From the human T2T-CHM13v2.0 reference genome, Homo sapiens, in assembly GCF_009914755.1 (NCBI RefSeq), contig NC_060938.1: DNA of 64,000 bases; one strand, 5' to 3'. Both the position numbers and the translations under genes were made by a program. Positions 14,132 through 26,200 of the stretch are shown piece after piece. The notes below the pieces were generated by a model. The model had not been told where the DNA came from. It saw only the letters and a list, made by a program, of their open reading frames with translations, and made no database searches. The number at the start of each line of letters is the position of its first letter. Position 1 is the first letter of the stretch.

Positions 14132-14820
14132 TTTTTTTATTATACTTTAAGTTTTAGGGTACATGTGCACATTGTGCAGGTTAGTCACATACGTATACAT
14201 GTGCCATGCTGGTGCACTGAACCCACTAACTCGTCATCTAGCATTAGGTATATCTCCCAATGCTATCCCTCACCCCTCACCCCACCCCACAACAGTCCCC
14301 AGAGTGTGATATTCCCCTTCCTGTGTCCATGTGATCTCATTGTTCAATTCCCACCTATGAGTGAGAATATGCGGTGTTTGGTTTTTTGTTCTTGCGATAG
14401 TTTACTGAGAATGATGATTTCCAATTTCATCCATGTCCCTACAAAGGACATGAACTCATCATTTTTTATGGCTGCATAGTATTCCATGGTGTATATGTGC
14501 CACATTTTCTTAATCCAGTCTATCATTGTTGAACGTTTGGGTTGGTTCCAAGTCTTTGCTATTGTGAATAACGCCTCAATAAACATACGTGTGCATGTGT
14601 CTTTATAGCAGCATGATTTATATTCCTTTGGGTATATACCCAGTAATGGGATGGCTGGGTCAAATGGTATTTCTAGTTCTAGATCCCTGAGGAATCGCCA
14701 CACTGACTTCCACAATGGTTGAACTTGTTTACAGTCCCACCAACAGTGTAAAAGTGTTCCTATTTCTCCACATCCTCTCCAGCACCTCTTTTTTCGTGAC
14801 TTTTTAATGATTGCCATTCT
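14132..14820 (-). mobile_element. 5'-truncated L1PA2-like LINE-1 (ORF2 C-terminus + 3'UTR)
   Basis: ORF 14344..14853 gives [19 protein letters not shown]...IFSLIGGN. The 3'UTR has the non-Ta GAG diagnostic (CTAACTCGTC). Only a short TTCTTTT overlap at the ends. Confidence 0.96.
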
Positions 14821-17800
14821 TTTGTAGAATCTGCAAGTGGATAATTTGAACACTTTGAGGCCTATGATGGAAAAGGAAATATCTTCTCATAAAAACTACA
14901 CAGAAGCATTCTGAGAAACTCCTTTGTGATGTGTGCATTCAACTCACAGAGTTGAACCTATCTTCTGACAGAGCGGTTTTGAAACTCTCTTTTTGTAGAA
15001 TCTGCAATTGGATATATGGAGCCCTTTGTGGCTTATGGTGGAAAAGGAAATATCTTCACATAAGAACTACACAGAAGCTTTCTGAGAAACTTCTTTTTGA
15101 TGTGTGGATTCAACTCACGAAGTTGAACCTCTCTTTTGATTGAGCAGTTTAGAAACACTCTTTTTAAAGAATCTGCAAGTGGATATATGAATGTTTTGAG
15201 GCCTAGTTTTCAAAAGAAAATATCTTCACATAAAAGCTACACAAAAGCATTCTGAGAAACTTCTTTGGGATGTGTGCATTCGTCTCACATATTTGAAACT
15301 TTCAATTGATTGAGCAGCATTGAAACACTTTTTGTATAATCTGCAAGTGGATATTTGGAGCACTTTGAGTCCTATGTTGGAAAAGGAAATATCTTCACAT
15401 AAAAACTACACTGAAGCTTTCTGAGAAAATTTTTGTGAAGTATGCATTCAACTGACAGAGTTGAACGTATCTTTTCATAGAGCAGTCTTGAAACTCTCTT
15501 TACGCATTATCTGCAAATGGATATTTGGAGCGTTTTCAGGCCCATAGCTGAAAAGGAAATATCTTCTCATAAAAACTACACAGAAGCATTCTGAGAAACA
15601 TTTTTGTGATGTGTACATTCATCTCACGGAGTTGAAAATTTCTTTTGATAGAGTAGTTTTGAAACACTCTTTTTGTAGAATCTGCAGGTGGATATTTGCA
15701 TCGCATTGAAGCCTATGGTGGAAAAGGAAATATCTTCCCAAAAAACTACACAGAAGCATTCTCAGAAACTTCTTTGTGATGTGTGCCTTCATCTCACAGG
15801 GTTGAAACTTTCTTTTGATTGAGCAGTTTTGAAACACTCTTTTCATAGAATCTGCAAGTGGATACTTGGAGCGTTTTGAGGTCTATGGTGGAAAAGGAAA
15901 TATCTTCAATTAAAAACCACACAGAAGCATTCTGAGAAATCAATTTGTGATGTATGCATTCAACTTGCAGAGATGAACCTATCTTTTGATAGAGCAGTTT
16001 TGAAACTCTCTTTTTGTAGAATCTGCAAGTGGTTATTTTGAGCCCTTTTTGGCCGATGGTGTAAAAGGTAATATCTTCACATAAAAACTACACAGAAGCA
16101 TTCTGAGAAACTACTTTGTGATGTGTGCATTCATCTCACAGAGTTGAACCTATCTTTTGATAGAGTAGTTTTGAAACACTCTGTTTGTAAAATCTGCAAG
16201 TGGATATTTGGAACCCTTTGTGACCTATAGTGGAAAAGGATATATCTTAACATGAAAACTACAGAGAAGGATTCTGAGAAACTTCTTTGTGATGTGTGCA
16301 TTCACTTCACAGAGATGAATCTTTCCTTTGATTGAGCAGTTTTGAAACACTTTTTTTGTAGAATCTGCAAGTGGATATTTTGATTGCTTTGAGGCTTATT
16401 GTGGAAAAGGCTATGTCCTTAAGTAAAAACTACACAGAAGCATTCCCAGAAACTTCTTTGTTTTGTGTGCATTCATCTAACAAAGTTGAACCTTTCTTTT
16501 GATTGATCAGTTTTGAAACACTCTTTTTGTAGAATCTGCAAGTGGATGTTTGGAGCACTTTGAGGCCTATGGTATAAAAGGAAATATCTTCACATAAAGA
16601 CAACACAGAAGCATTCTGAGAAACTTCTTTGGGATATATGCATTCATCTCACAGAGTTGAACTTTTCATTTGGTTGAGCAGTTTTGAAATAATCTTTTTG
16701 TAGAATCTGCAAGTGGATATTTGGAACGCTTTGAGGCTTATTGTGGAAAAGGAAATATCTTCACATAAAAACTACACAGAAGCATTCTGAGAAACTTCTT
16801 TGTCATGTGTGCATTCATCTCCCAGAGTTGAAAATTTCTTTTGAAGGACCTGTTTTGAAATATGATTTTTGTAGATTCTGCAATTGGACATTTCGAGGGC
16901 CATGAAGGCTATGGTGGAGAAGGAAGTATCTTCACATAAAAACAACAAAGAAGCATTCTGAGAAAGCTATTTGTGATGTATGCATTGAACTCGCAGCGTT
17001 GAACCTAGCTTTTGATAGAGCAGTTTTCTTGCTCTCTTTATGTGGAATCTGCAAGTGGTTATTTGGACCTCTTTTTGGCCGATGGTGGAAAAGGACATAT
17101 CTATGCATAAAAACTACACTGAAGCATTCTGAGAAACTTCTTAATGATATGTGTATTCATCTCCCAGAGTCGAAGCATTCTTTGATTGAGCAGTTTTGAA
17201 ACAAACACTCTTTTTGGAGAATCTGGCAGTGGATATTTGGATTGCTTTGAGGCTTATTGTGGAAAAGGAAATATCTTCACCCAAAAACTACACAGAAGCA
17301 TTCTCAGAAACTTCTTTTTTTTGTGTGCATTCATCTCACAGAGTTGAACTTCTTTTTGTAGAATCTGCAAGTGGTTATTTGGAGCCCTTTGTGGCCGATG
17401 GTGGAAATGGAAATATCTTCACATAAAAACTACACAGAAGCATGCTGGGAAACTTCTTTGTGATGTGTGCGTTCATCTCTCAGAGCTGAACCTTTCTTTT
17501 GATTGAGCAGTTTGGAAACAGTCTTTTAGTAGAATCTGCCAGTGGATATTTGGAGCCCTTGGAGGCCTATTGTGGAAAAGGAAATATCTTCATATAAAAA
17601 CTACACAGAAGCATACTGAGAAACTGTTTTGTGATGTGTGCATTCAAATCACAGAGGTTAACCTATCTTTTCATAGAGAAGTGTTGAAACTCTCTTTTTG
17701 TAGAATCTGCAAGTGGATATTTGGAGCCTTTTGCGGCCTGTGGTGGAAAAGGAAATATCTTCACATAAAAACGGCACAGAAGCATTCTGAGAAACTTCTT

Positions 17801-20800
17801 TGGAATGTGTGCATTCATTTCATAGAGTTGAACTTCTTTCTTGATTGAGCCATTTGGAAAACCACTTTTCGTAGAATCTGCGGGTGGATATATGGAGCAC
17901 TTTGAGGCCTATTGTGGAAAAGGAAATTTCTTCAAAGAAAACTATACAGAACCATTCTGAGAAACTACTTTGTGATGTGTGCATTCGTCTCAAAGAGTTG
18001 AACCTTTCTTTTGGTTGAGCAGTTTGGAAAAACTCTTTTTGTGAAATCTGAAAGTGGACATTTGGAGCACTTTGAGGCCTATGGTGGAAAAGGAACTATC
18101 TTCATATAAAAGTTACACAGAAGCATTCGGAGAAACTGCTTTTTGATGTATGCATTCGTCTCACAAATGTGAACCTTTCATTTGATTGAGCAGTTTTGAA
18201 ACACTCTTTTTGAAGTATCTGCAAGTGGATAATTCGAGGGTTTTGAGTTCTATGGTGGTAAATATCTTCACATAAAAACTACACTGAAGCATTCTGAGAA
18301 ACTTCTTTGTGATGTGTGCATTAATCTCACAAATTTGAACCTATCTTTTCATAGAGCAGTCTTGAAACTCTACTTATGTATTATCTGCAAATGGATATTT
18401 GGAGCGTTTTCAGGCCCACAGCTGAAAACGAAATATCTTCTCATAAAAACTACACAGAAGTATTCTGAGAAACATTTTTGTGATGTGTGCATTCATCTCA
18501 CTGAATTGAAAATTTCTTTTGTTTGAGCAGTTTTGAAACACTCTTTTTGTATAATCTGGAAGTGGATATTTAGAGCGATTGCGTCCTCTGGTGGAAAAGG
18601 AAATATCTTCACATAAAAATTACACAGAAGCATTCTGAAAAACTTCTTTGTGATGTGTGCATTCATCTCGCAGAGTTGAACCTTTCTTTTGCTTGAGCAG
18701 TTTTGAAACACTCTTTTTGTAGAATCTGCAAGTGGATATTTGGAACCTTTGCGGCCCATGGTGGAAAATTAAATATCTTCTCATAAAAACTGCACAGAAG
18801 CATTCTGAGAAACTTCTTTGTGATGTGTGCATTCATCTCACGGGCTTGAACCTCTCTTTTGATTCAGAAATTTGGAAACACTCTTTTTGTAGAATCTGCA
18901 AATGGATATATGGAGGGCTTCAAGCCTATTGTGGAAAAGGAAATATCTTCCCATGAAAACTACAAAGAAGCATTCTGAGAAACTTCCATGTGATGCGTGC
19001 ATTCAACTCACTGAGTTGAACCTTTCTTTTGATTGAACATTTTGAAAACCCTCTTTTTGTAGAATCCACAAGTAGTTATTTGGAGCGATTTGGGGCCTAT
19101 TGTGGGAAAGGAAATATCTTCACTTAAAAACTACACTGAAGCGTTCTGAGAACCTTCTTTGTGATGTGTGCATTCATCTTACGGAGTTGAACCTATCTTT
19201 TGACAGAGCAGTTTTGAAACTCTCTTTCTGTGGAATCTGCAAGTGGATATTTGGAGCCCTTTGCGGCCTACGTAAGAAAAGGAACTATCTTAACATAAAA
19301 GCTACACAGAAGCATTCTGAGAAACTTCTTTATGATATGTGCATTCAACTCACAGAGTTGAACTTATCTTTTGATAGAGCAGTTTTAAAACTCTCCTTTT
19401 GTAGAATCTGGAAGTGGATATTTGGAGGGCTTTGAGGCCTGTTGTGGAAAAGGAAATATCTTCACATAAAAACTACATAGAAGCATTCTGAGAAACTTCT
19501 TTGTGATGTGTGCATACGTCTCACAGTGTTGATCCTATCTTTTCATATAGCAGTTTTGAAAATGTCTTTTTGTAGAATCTGCAAGTGGATATTTGGAGCC
19601 CTTTGCAGTCTATGGTGGAAAAGGATATATCCTCACATAAAAACTACACAGAAGCATTCTGAGAAACTACTTTGTGATGTGTGCACTCATCTCACATAGT
19701 TGAATCTTTCATTTGATAGAGCGATTTTTAAACACTCTTTTTGCAGAATCTGCCAGTGGATATTTGGAGCGCATTGAGGCCTATGGTGGAAAAGGAACTA
19801 TCTTCACATAAAAACTACACAGAACCATTATGAGAAACTTCTTTATGATGTGTGCTTTCATCTCACATAGATGAACCTATCTTTTGATAGGGCAGTTTTG
19901 AAACTCTCTTTTTGTAGAATCTGCAAGTGGGTATTTGGAGCCCTTTGCAGCCTTTTGGGCAAAAGTAAATGTCTTCCAATTAAAACTACACAGAAGCACT
20001 CTGAGAAACTTCTTTGTTATGTGAACATTCAACTCAAAATGTTGAACCTATCTTTTGAGACAGCAGTTTTGAAACACTCTTTGTGAGGCATCTGCAAGTG
20101 GATATTTGAAGTGCTTTGAGGCCTATTGTGGAAAAGGAAATATTTTCACATAAAAACTGCAGAGAAGCACTCTGAGAAACTTCTTTGTGATGTTTGCATT
20201 CATATCACATAGTTGAACCTCTCTTTTGATTGAGCAGTTTTGAAACAGTCTTTTTGTAGAACCTGCGGATGGATATTTGGAGTGCTTTGAGGACTATTAT
20301 GGAAAAGGAATTATCTCCACAAAAAAATTACACAGAAACATTGTGAGAAATTTCTTGTGATGTGTGCATTCATCTCACAGAGTTGAACCTTTCTTTTGAT
20401 TTAGCAGTTTTGAAACCTCTTTTTGTAGTGTATGAAAATGGATATTTTGAGCGCTTTTAGGCCTAAGGTAGATAAGGAAATATCTTCACATAAAAACTAC
20501 ACAGAAGCATTCTGAGAAAGTACTTTGTGATGTGCTTATTCAACTCACAGAGGTGAACCTATCTTTTGATAGAGTAGTTTTGAAACTCTCTTTTTGTAGA
20601 ATCTGCAAGTGGATATTTTGGTCCCTTTGTGGCTTATCGTGGAAAGGAAATATCTTCACATAAAAACAACACAGAAGTATTCTGAGAAACGTCTATGTGA
20701 TGTGTGCATTCATCTCACAGAATTGAACCTTTCATTTGATTGCACAGTTTTGACACACTCTTTTTGTAGAAGCTGCAAGTGGATATTTGAAGCGCTTTGA

Positions 20801-21021
20801 GGCCTGTGTTGGAAAATGAACTATCTTCACATAAAAATTTCACAGAAGCATTCTGAGAAACTTCTTTTTGATGTGTGCATTCAACTGTCAAATTGAACCT
20901 ATCTTTTGATAGAGCAGTATTGAAACTCTCTTTTTGTAGCATCTGCATGTGGATATTTGGAGCCATTTGCAGCCTAAGGTGGAAAAGGTAATATCTTCAC
21001 ATAAAAACTACATAGAAGCAT
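14821..21021 (+). repeat. Alpha satellite family B
   Basis: Same diagnostics as 5651-14131; occasional shortened monomers (e.g. ~17350). Confidence 0.96.
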
Positions 21022-21403
21022 GGTACTGATACCAAAACAGAGGTATAGATCAATGGAACAGAATAGGGCCCTCAGAAATAATGCCACATATCTATAACTA
21101 TCTGCTCTTTGACAAACCTGAGAAAAACAAGCAATAGGGACAGGATTCCCTATTCAACACTTGGTGCTGGGAAAACTGGCTAGCCATATGTGGAAAGCTG
21201 AAACTGGACCTCTTCCTTATACCTTATACAAAAATTAATTCAAGACAGATTAAAGATTTAAACATTAGACATAAAACCATAAAAACCATAGAAGAAAACG
21301 TAGGCATTACCATTCTGGACATATGCATGGCCAAAGACTTCATGTCTAAAACATCAAAAGCAATGGCAACAAAAACCAAAATTGACAAATGGGATATAAT
21401 TAA

Positions 21404-21538
<135 letters not shown>

Positions 21539-22367
21539 TAGAAGAAAAAATAAACAACCCTATCAAAAGTGGGCAAAGGACATGAACAGACACTTCTGAA
21601 AAGAAGACATTCATGCAGCCAAAAAACACATGAAAAAATGCTCACCATCACTGGCTATCAGAGAAATGCAAATCAAAACCATAGTGAGATACCATCTCAC
21701 ACCAGTTAGAATGGCAATCATTAAAATGTCAGGAAACAACAGGTGCTGCAGAGGATGTGGAGAAATAGGAACACTTTTATACTGTTGGTGGGAATGTAAA
21801 CTAGTTCAACCATTGTGGAAGTCAGTGTGGCGATTCCTCAGGGATCCAGAACAAGAAATATCATTTGACCCAGCCATCCCAGCCAAAAGACTATAAATCA
21901 TCCTGCTATAAAGAGACACGCACACTTATGTTTATTGCGGCACTATGCACAATAGGAAAGACTTGGAACCAACCTAAATGTCCAACAGTGATAGACTGGA
22001 TTAGGAAAATGTGGCACATATACACCATGGAATACTATGCGGCCATAAAAAATGATGAGTTCATGTCCTTTGTAGGAACATGGATGAAATTGGAAATCAT
22101 CATCCTCAGTAAACTATAGCAAGAATAAAAAAACAAACACCACATATTCTCACTTATAGGAGGGAATTGAACAATGAGAACACATGGACACAGGAAGGGG
22201 AACATCACACTCTGGGGACTGTTGTGGGGATGGGGGAGAGGTGAGCGATAGCTTCAGGAGATAAACCTAATGCTAAGTGGCGAGTTAATGGATGCAGCAC
22301 ACCAACATGGCACATGTACACATATGTAACTAACCAGCAATTTGGGGAAATGTACCCTAAAATTTAA

Positions 22368-22499
22368 GGAGGGATAGCATTGGGAGATATACCTAATGCT
22401 AGATGACACATTAGTGGGTGCAGTGCACCAGCATGGCACATGTATACATATGTAACTAACCTGCACAATGTGCACATGTACCCTAAAACTTAGAGTATA

Positions 22500-22532
<33 letters not shown>
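22368..22532 (+). mobile_element. L1HS-Ta 3' terminal fragment (~134 bp + A31)
   Basis: GATGACACATTAGTGGG with the Ta-diagnostic ACA at 22408-22410, and AACTTAGAGTAT with the diagnostic G at 22493. Near-consensus sequence and a pure poly(A) at 22502-22532. Confidence 0.93.
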
Positions 22533-22534
<2 letters not shown>

Positions 22535-22605
22535 ATTGTAAAAAAAAAAATTATAAATAAAACAAAGAAGAATATGTGAGAGGAGCTGAATGTGCCCCAT
22601 AAAGC

Positions 22606-22639
<34 letters not shown>

Positions 22640-23143
22640 AAAACAAATCAACAAATTAGAAAAAAATTGACTATATAAACAAATCCAACCCTTGTAGCTT
22701 CAAAATGAGATACACAATAATTTAGGCAAAGACTTTACCAGCCTAGTCATGATCCAAAAAAGGATGAGACTATCACTAGATCCCCAAAAATGCCAAAATG
22801 TTGCGGTCCCAAAGAACTGCATTTTGACAGAATAGAAAAATTAACATAGTTTGGGGTTGCTATGGTTTGAATATTTGTATTTCCTTAAAAATTCATGTGG
22901 ATATTTAATCCCCAGTATAACAGTATTAAGAGATAGGGCCTTCAGGAGGAGATCTAGTGCCTTATAACAGGGCTGGAGGGAACTAGCTAGGCCCTTTTTT
23001 GCCCTTCCCCCTTTCATCATGTGAGGACACAGCAACAAGGTGCCATTTAAAAGCAGAGAGTGGTTTTTACCAGCCACAGAGCCTGTCAGTACCTTGACCT
23101 TGGACTTCCCACGCTCCAGAATTATGAAAAATAAATTTATATT

Positions 23144-23179
<36 letters not shown>
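22533..23179 (+). other. Serial 3' transduction carried by the L1HS-Ta
   Basis: Non-satellite segment 22533-22607, A30 (22608-22637), segment 22638-23147, A32 (23148-23179). All lie inside the interrupted host L1 tail. Confidence 0.9.
22858..23147 (+). mobile_element. Partial MaLR LTR (MSTD/MLT1A-type) within the transduced DNA
   Basis: Starts TGCTATGGTTTGAAT and contains CATGTGAGGACACAGC and CTTGGACTTCCC..CTCCAGAA..AAATAAAT. It is cut off 12 nt after AATAAA (23130-23135). Confidence 0.85.
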
Positions 23180-23181
<2 letters not shown>

Positions 23182-23204
23182 AAGTATAATAATAATAAAA
23201 TAAA

Positions 23205-26200
23205 AAAAACTACACAGAAGCATTCTGAGAAATTTCTTTGTGATGTGGGCATTCATCTCACAGAGTTGAAACTTTCATTTGAATGAGCAGTTTTGAAACA
23301 ATCTTTTTGTACAATCTGCAAGTGGATATTAGGAGAGCTTTGAGTTCTATGGTGGAAAAGGAAACATCTTCACAAAAAAACTACACAGAAGCATTCTGAG
23401 AAACTTCTTTGTGATGCGTACATTCAACTCTTACAGTTGCACCTATCTTTTGATAGAGCAGTTTTGAAACTCACTTTTGTAGAATCTGCATGTGGATAGT
23501 TGCAGCGCTTTGAGGCCTATGTTGGAAAAGGAAATATCTTCACCTAACAACTGCACAGAAGCATTCTGAGAATCTCCGTTGTGATGTGTGCATTCATCTC
23601 ACAGAGTTGAAACTTTGTTTTCATTGAGCAGTTCGGAAACACTCTTTTTGCAGAATCTGCAAGTGGATATTTGGAGCGCTTTGAGGCCTATTATGGAAAA
23701 GGAAATGTCTTCACATAAATCTACACAGAAGCATTCTGAGAAACTTCTTTGTGATGTGTGCATTCATCTCACAGAGTTGAAGCTTTCTTTGGATTTAGCA
23801 GTTTTGAAACATTCTTTTTGTAGAATCTGCAGGTGGATATTTGGAGTGCTTTGAGGCCTATGGTGGAAAAGGAAATATCTTCACACAAAAACTTCACAGA
23901 AACATTCTGAGAAACTTCTTTGTGATGTGTGCATTCATCTCACAGAGTTGAACTTTTCTTTTGATTGAGCAGTTTGGAAACCCTCTTTTTGTTGAATCTG
24001 CAAGTGGATATTTGGAGCGCTTTGAAGCCTATGGTGGAAAAGGAAACATCTTCATATAAAAACTCTACAGAAGCATTCTGAGAAACTTCTTTGTGGTGTG
24101 TGCATTCATCTCACAGAGTTGAACTTATCTTTTGATAGAGCAGTTTTGAAACTCTCTTTGTGTCGAATCTGCAAGTGGATATTGGGAACCCTTTGCGTCC
24201 TATGTTGGAAAAGGAAATATCTTCACATAAAAACTACACAGAAGCATTCTGAGAAACTCATTTGTGATGTGTGCATTCATCTCACAGCTGTGAACCTTTC
24301 ATTTGATTGAGCAGCTTTGAAACCCTCTTTTTGTAGAATCTGATAGAAGATATTTGGAGCGCTTTGAGGCCTACGGTGGAAAAGGAAATATCTTCACATA
24401 AAAGCTACACAGAAGCATTATGAGTAACTACTTTGTGATGTATGTATTCATCTCAGTGTCGAACCTTTCTTTTGATAGAGCAGTTTTGAAATTCTCTTTT
24501 TGTAGTATCTGCAAGTGGATATTTGGAGCCCTTTGTGGCCTATGGTGGAAAACGAAATATCTTCACATAAAAACTACATAGAAGCATTCTGAGAAACTTC
24601 TTTGTGATTTGTGCATTCAAATCACAGAGTTGAACCTTTCTTTTGATAGAGCAGTTTTGAAACACTCTTTTCGTAGAATCTCCAAGTGGATATTTGGAGC
24701 ACTTTGAGGCCTCTGGTGTAAAAGGAAATATCTTCACATAAAAACTCCACAGAAGCATTCTGAGAAATTTCTTTCTGATGTGTGCAATCATCTCACAGAG
24801 TTGAACCTATCTTTTGATAGAGTAGTTTTGAAACTCACTTTTTGTAGAACCTGCAAGTGGATGTTAAGAGCACTTTGCGGTCTATGGTGGAAAAGGAAAT
24901 ATCTTCACACAAAAACTACACAGAAACATTCTGAGAAACTTCTTTGTGATGTGTGCATTCATCTCACAGAGTTGAACTTTTCTTTTGATTGAGCAGTTTG
25001 GAAACCCTCTTTTTGTTGAATCTGCAAGTGGATATTTGGAGCGCTTTGAAGCCTATGGTGGAAAAGGAAACATCTTCATATAAAAACTCTACAGAAGCAT
25101 TCTGAGAAACTTCTTTGTGGTGTGTGCATTCATCTCACAGAGTTGAACTTATCTTTTGATAGAGCAGTTTTGAAACTCTCTTTGTGTCGAATCTGCAAGT
25201 GGATATTGGGAACCCTTTGCGTCCTATGTTGGAAAAGGAAATATCTTCACATAAAAACTACACAGAAGCATTCTGAGAAACTCATTTGTGATGTGTGCAT
25301 TCATCTCACAGCTGTGAACCTTTCATTTGATTGAGCAGCTTTGAAACCCTCTTTTTGTAGAATCTGATAGAAGATATTTGGAGCGCTTTGAGGCCTACGG
25401 TGGAAAAGGAAATATCTTCACATAAAAGCTACACAGAAGCATTATGAGTAACTACTTTGTGATGTATGTATTCATCTCAGTGTTGAACCTTTCTTTTGAT
25501 AGAGCAGTTTTGAAATTCTCTTTTTGTAGTATCTGCAAGTGGATATTTGGAGCCCTTTGTGGCCTATGGTGGAAAACGAAATATCTTCACATAAAAACTA
25601 CATAGAAGCATTCTGAGAAACTTCTTTGTGATTTGTGCATTCAACTCACAGAGTTGAACCTTTCTTTTGATAGAGCAGTTTTGAAACACTCTTTTCGTAG
25701 AATCTCCAAGTGGATATTTGGAGCACTTTGAGGCCTCTGGTGTAAAAGGAAATATCTTCACGTAAAAACTCCACAGAAGCATTCTGAGAAATTTCTTTCT
25801 GATGTGTGCAATCATCTCACAGAGTTGAACCTATCTTTTGATAGAGTAGTTTTGAAACTCACTTTTTGTAGAACCTGCAAGTGGATGTTAAGAGCACTTT
25901 GCGGTCTATGGTGGAAAAGGAAATATCTTCACATAAAAACTACACAGAAACATTCTGAGAAACTTCTTTGTGATGTGTGCAATCATCTCACAGAGTTGAA
26001 CCTATCTTTTAATAGAGCAGTTTTGAAACTCTCTTTTAGTAGAATCTGCAACTGTATATTTGGAGCCCTTTGTGGACTCTGGTGGAAAAGGATGTATCTT
26101 CACATATAAAATACAGGGAAGAATTCTGAGAAACTACTTTGTGTTGTGTGCATTCATCTCACAGAGTTGAACCTATTTTTGATACAGCAGTATTGAAACT

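Noticed and set aside
14344-14853. 169-aa ORF starting in alpha satellite and reading through L1 ORF2
   Set aside because: Chance in-frame junction at a 5' truncation, with no promoter evidence.
22230-22501. Local tandem duplication of the L1 3'UTR
   Set aside because: The two copies have different subfamily diagnostics (GAG, diverged vs ACA/G, near-consensus), and the host tail resumes at 23181, indicating nested insertion.
22533-23147. Processed pseudogene
   Set aside because: No recognisable coding sequence; attachment to the L1HS tail fits transduction.
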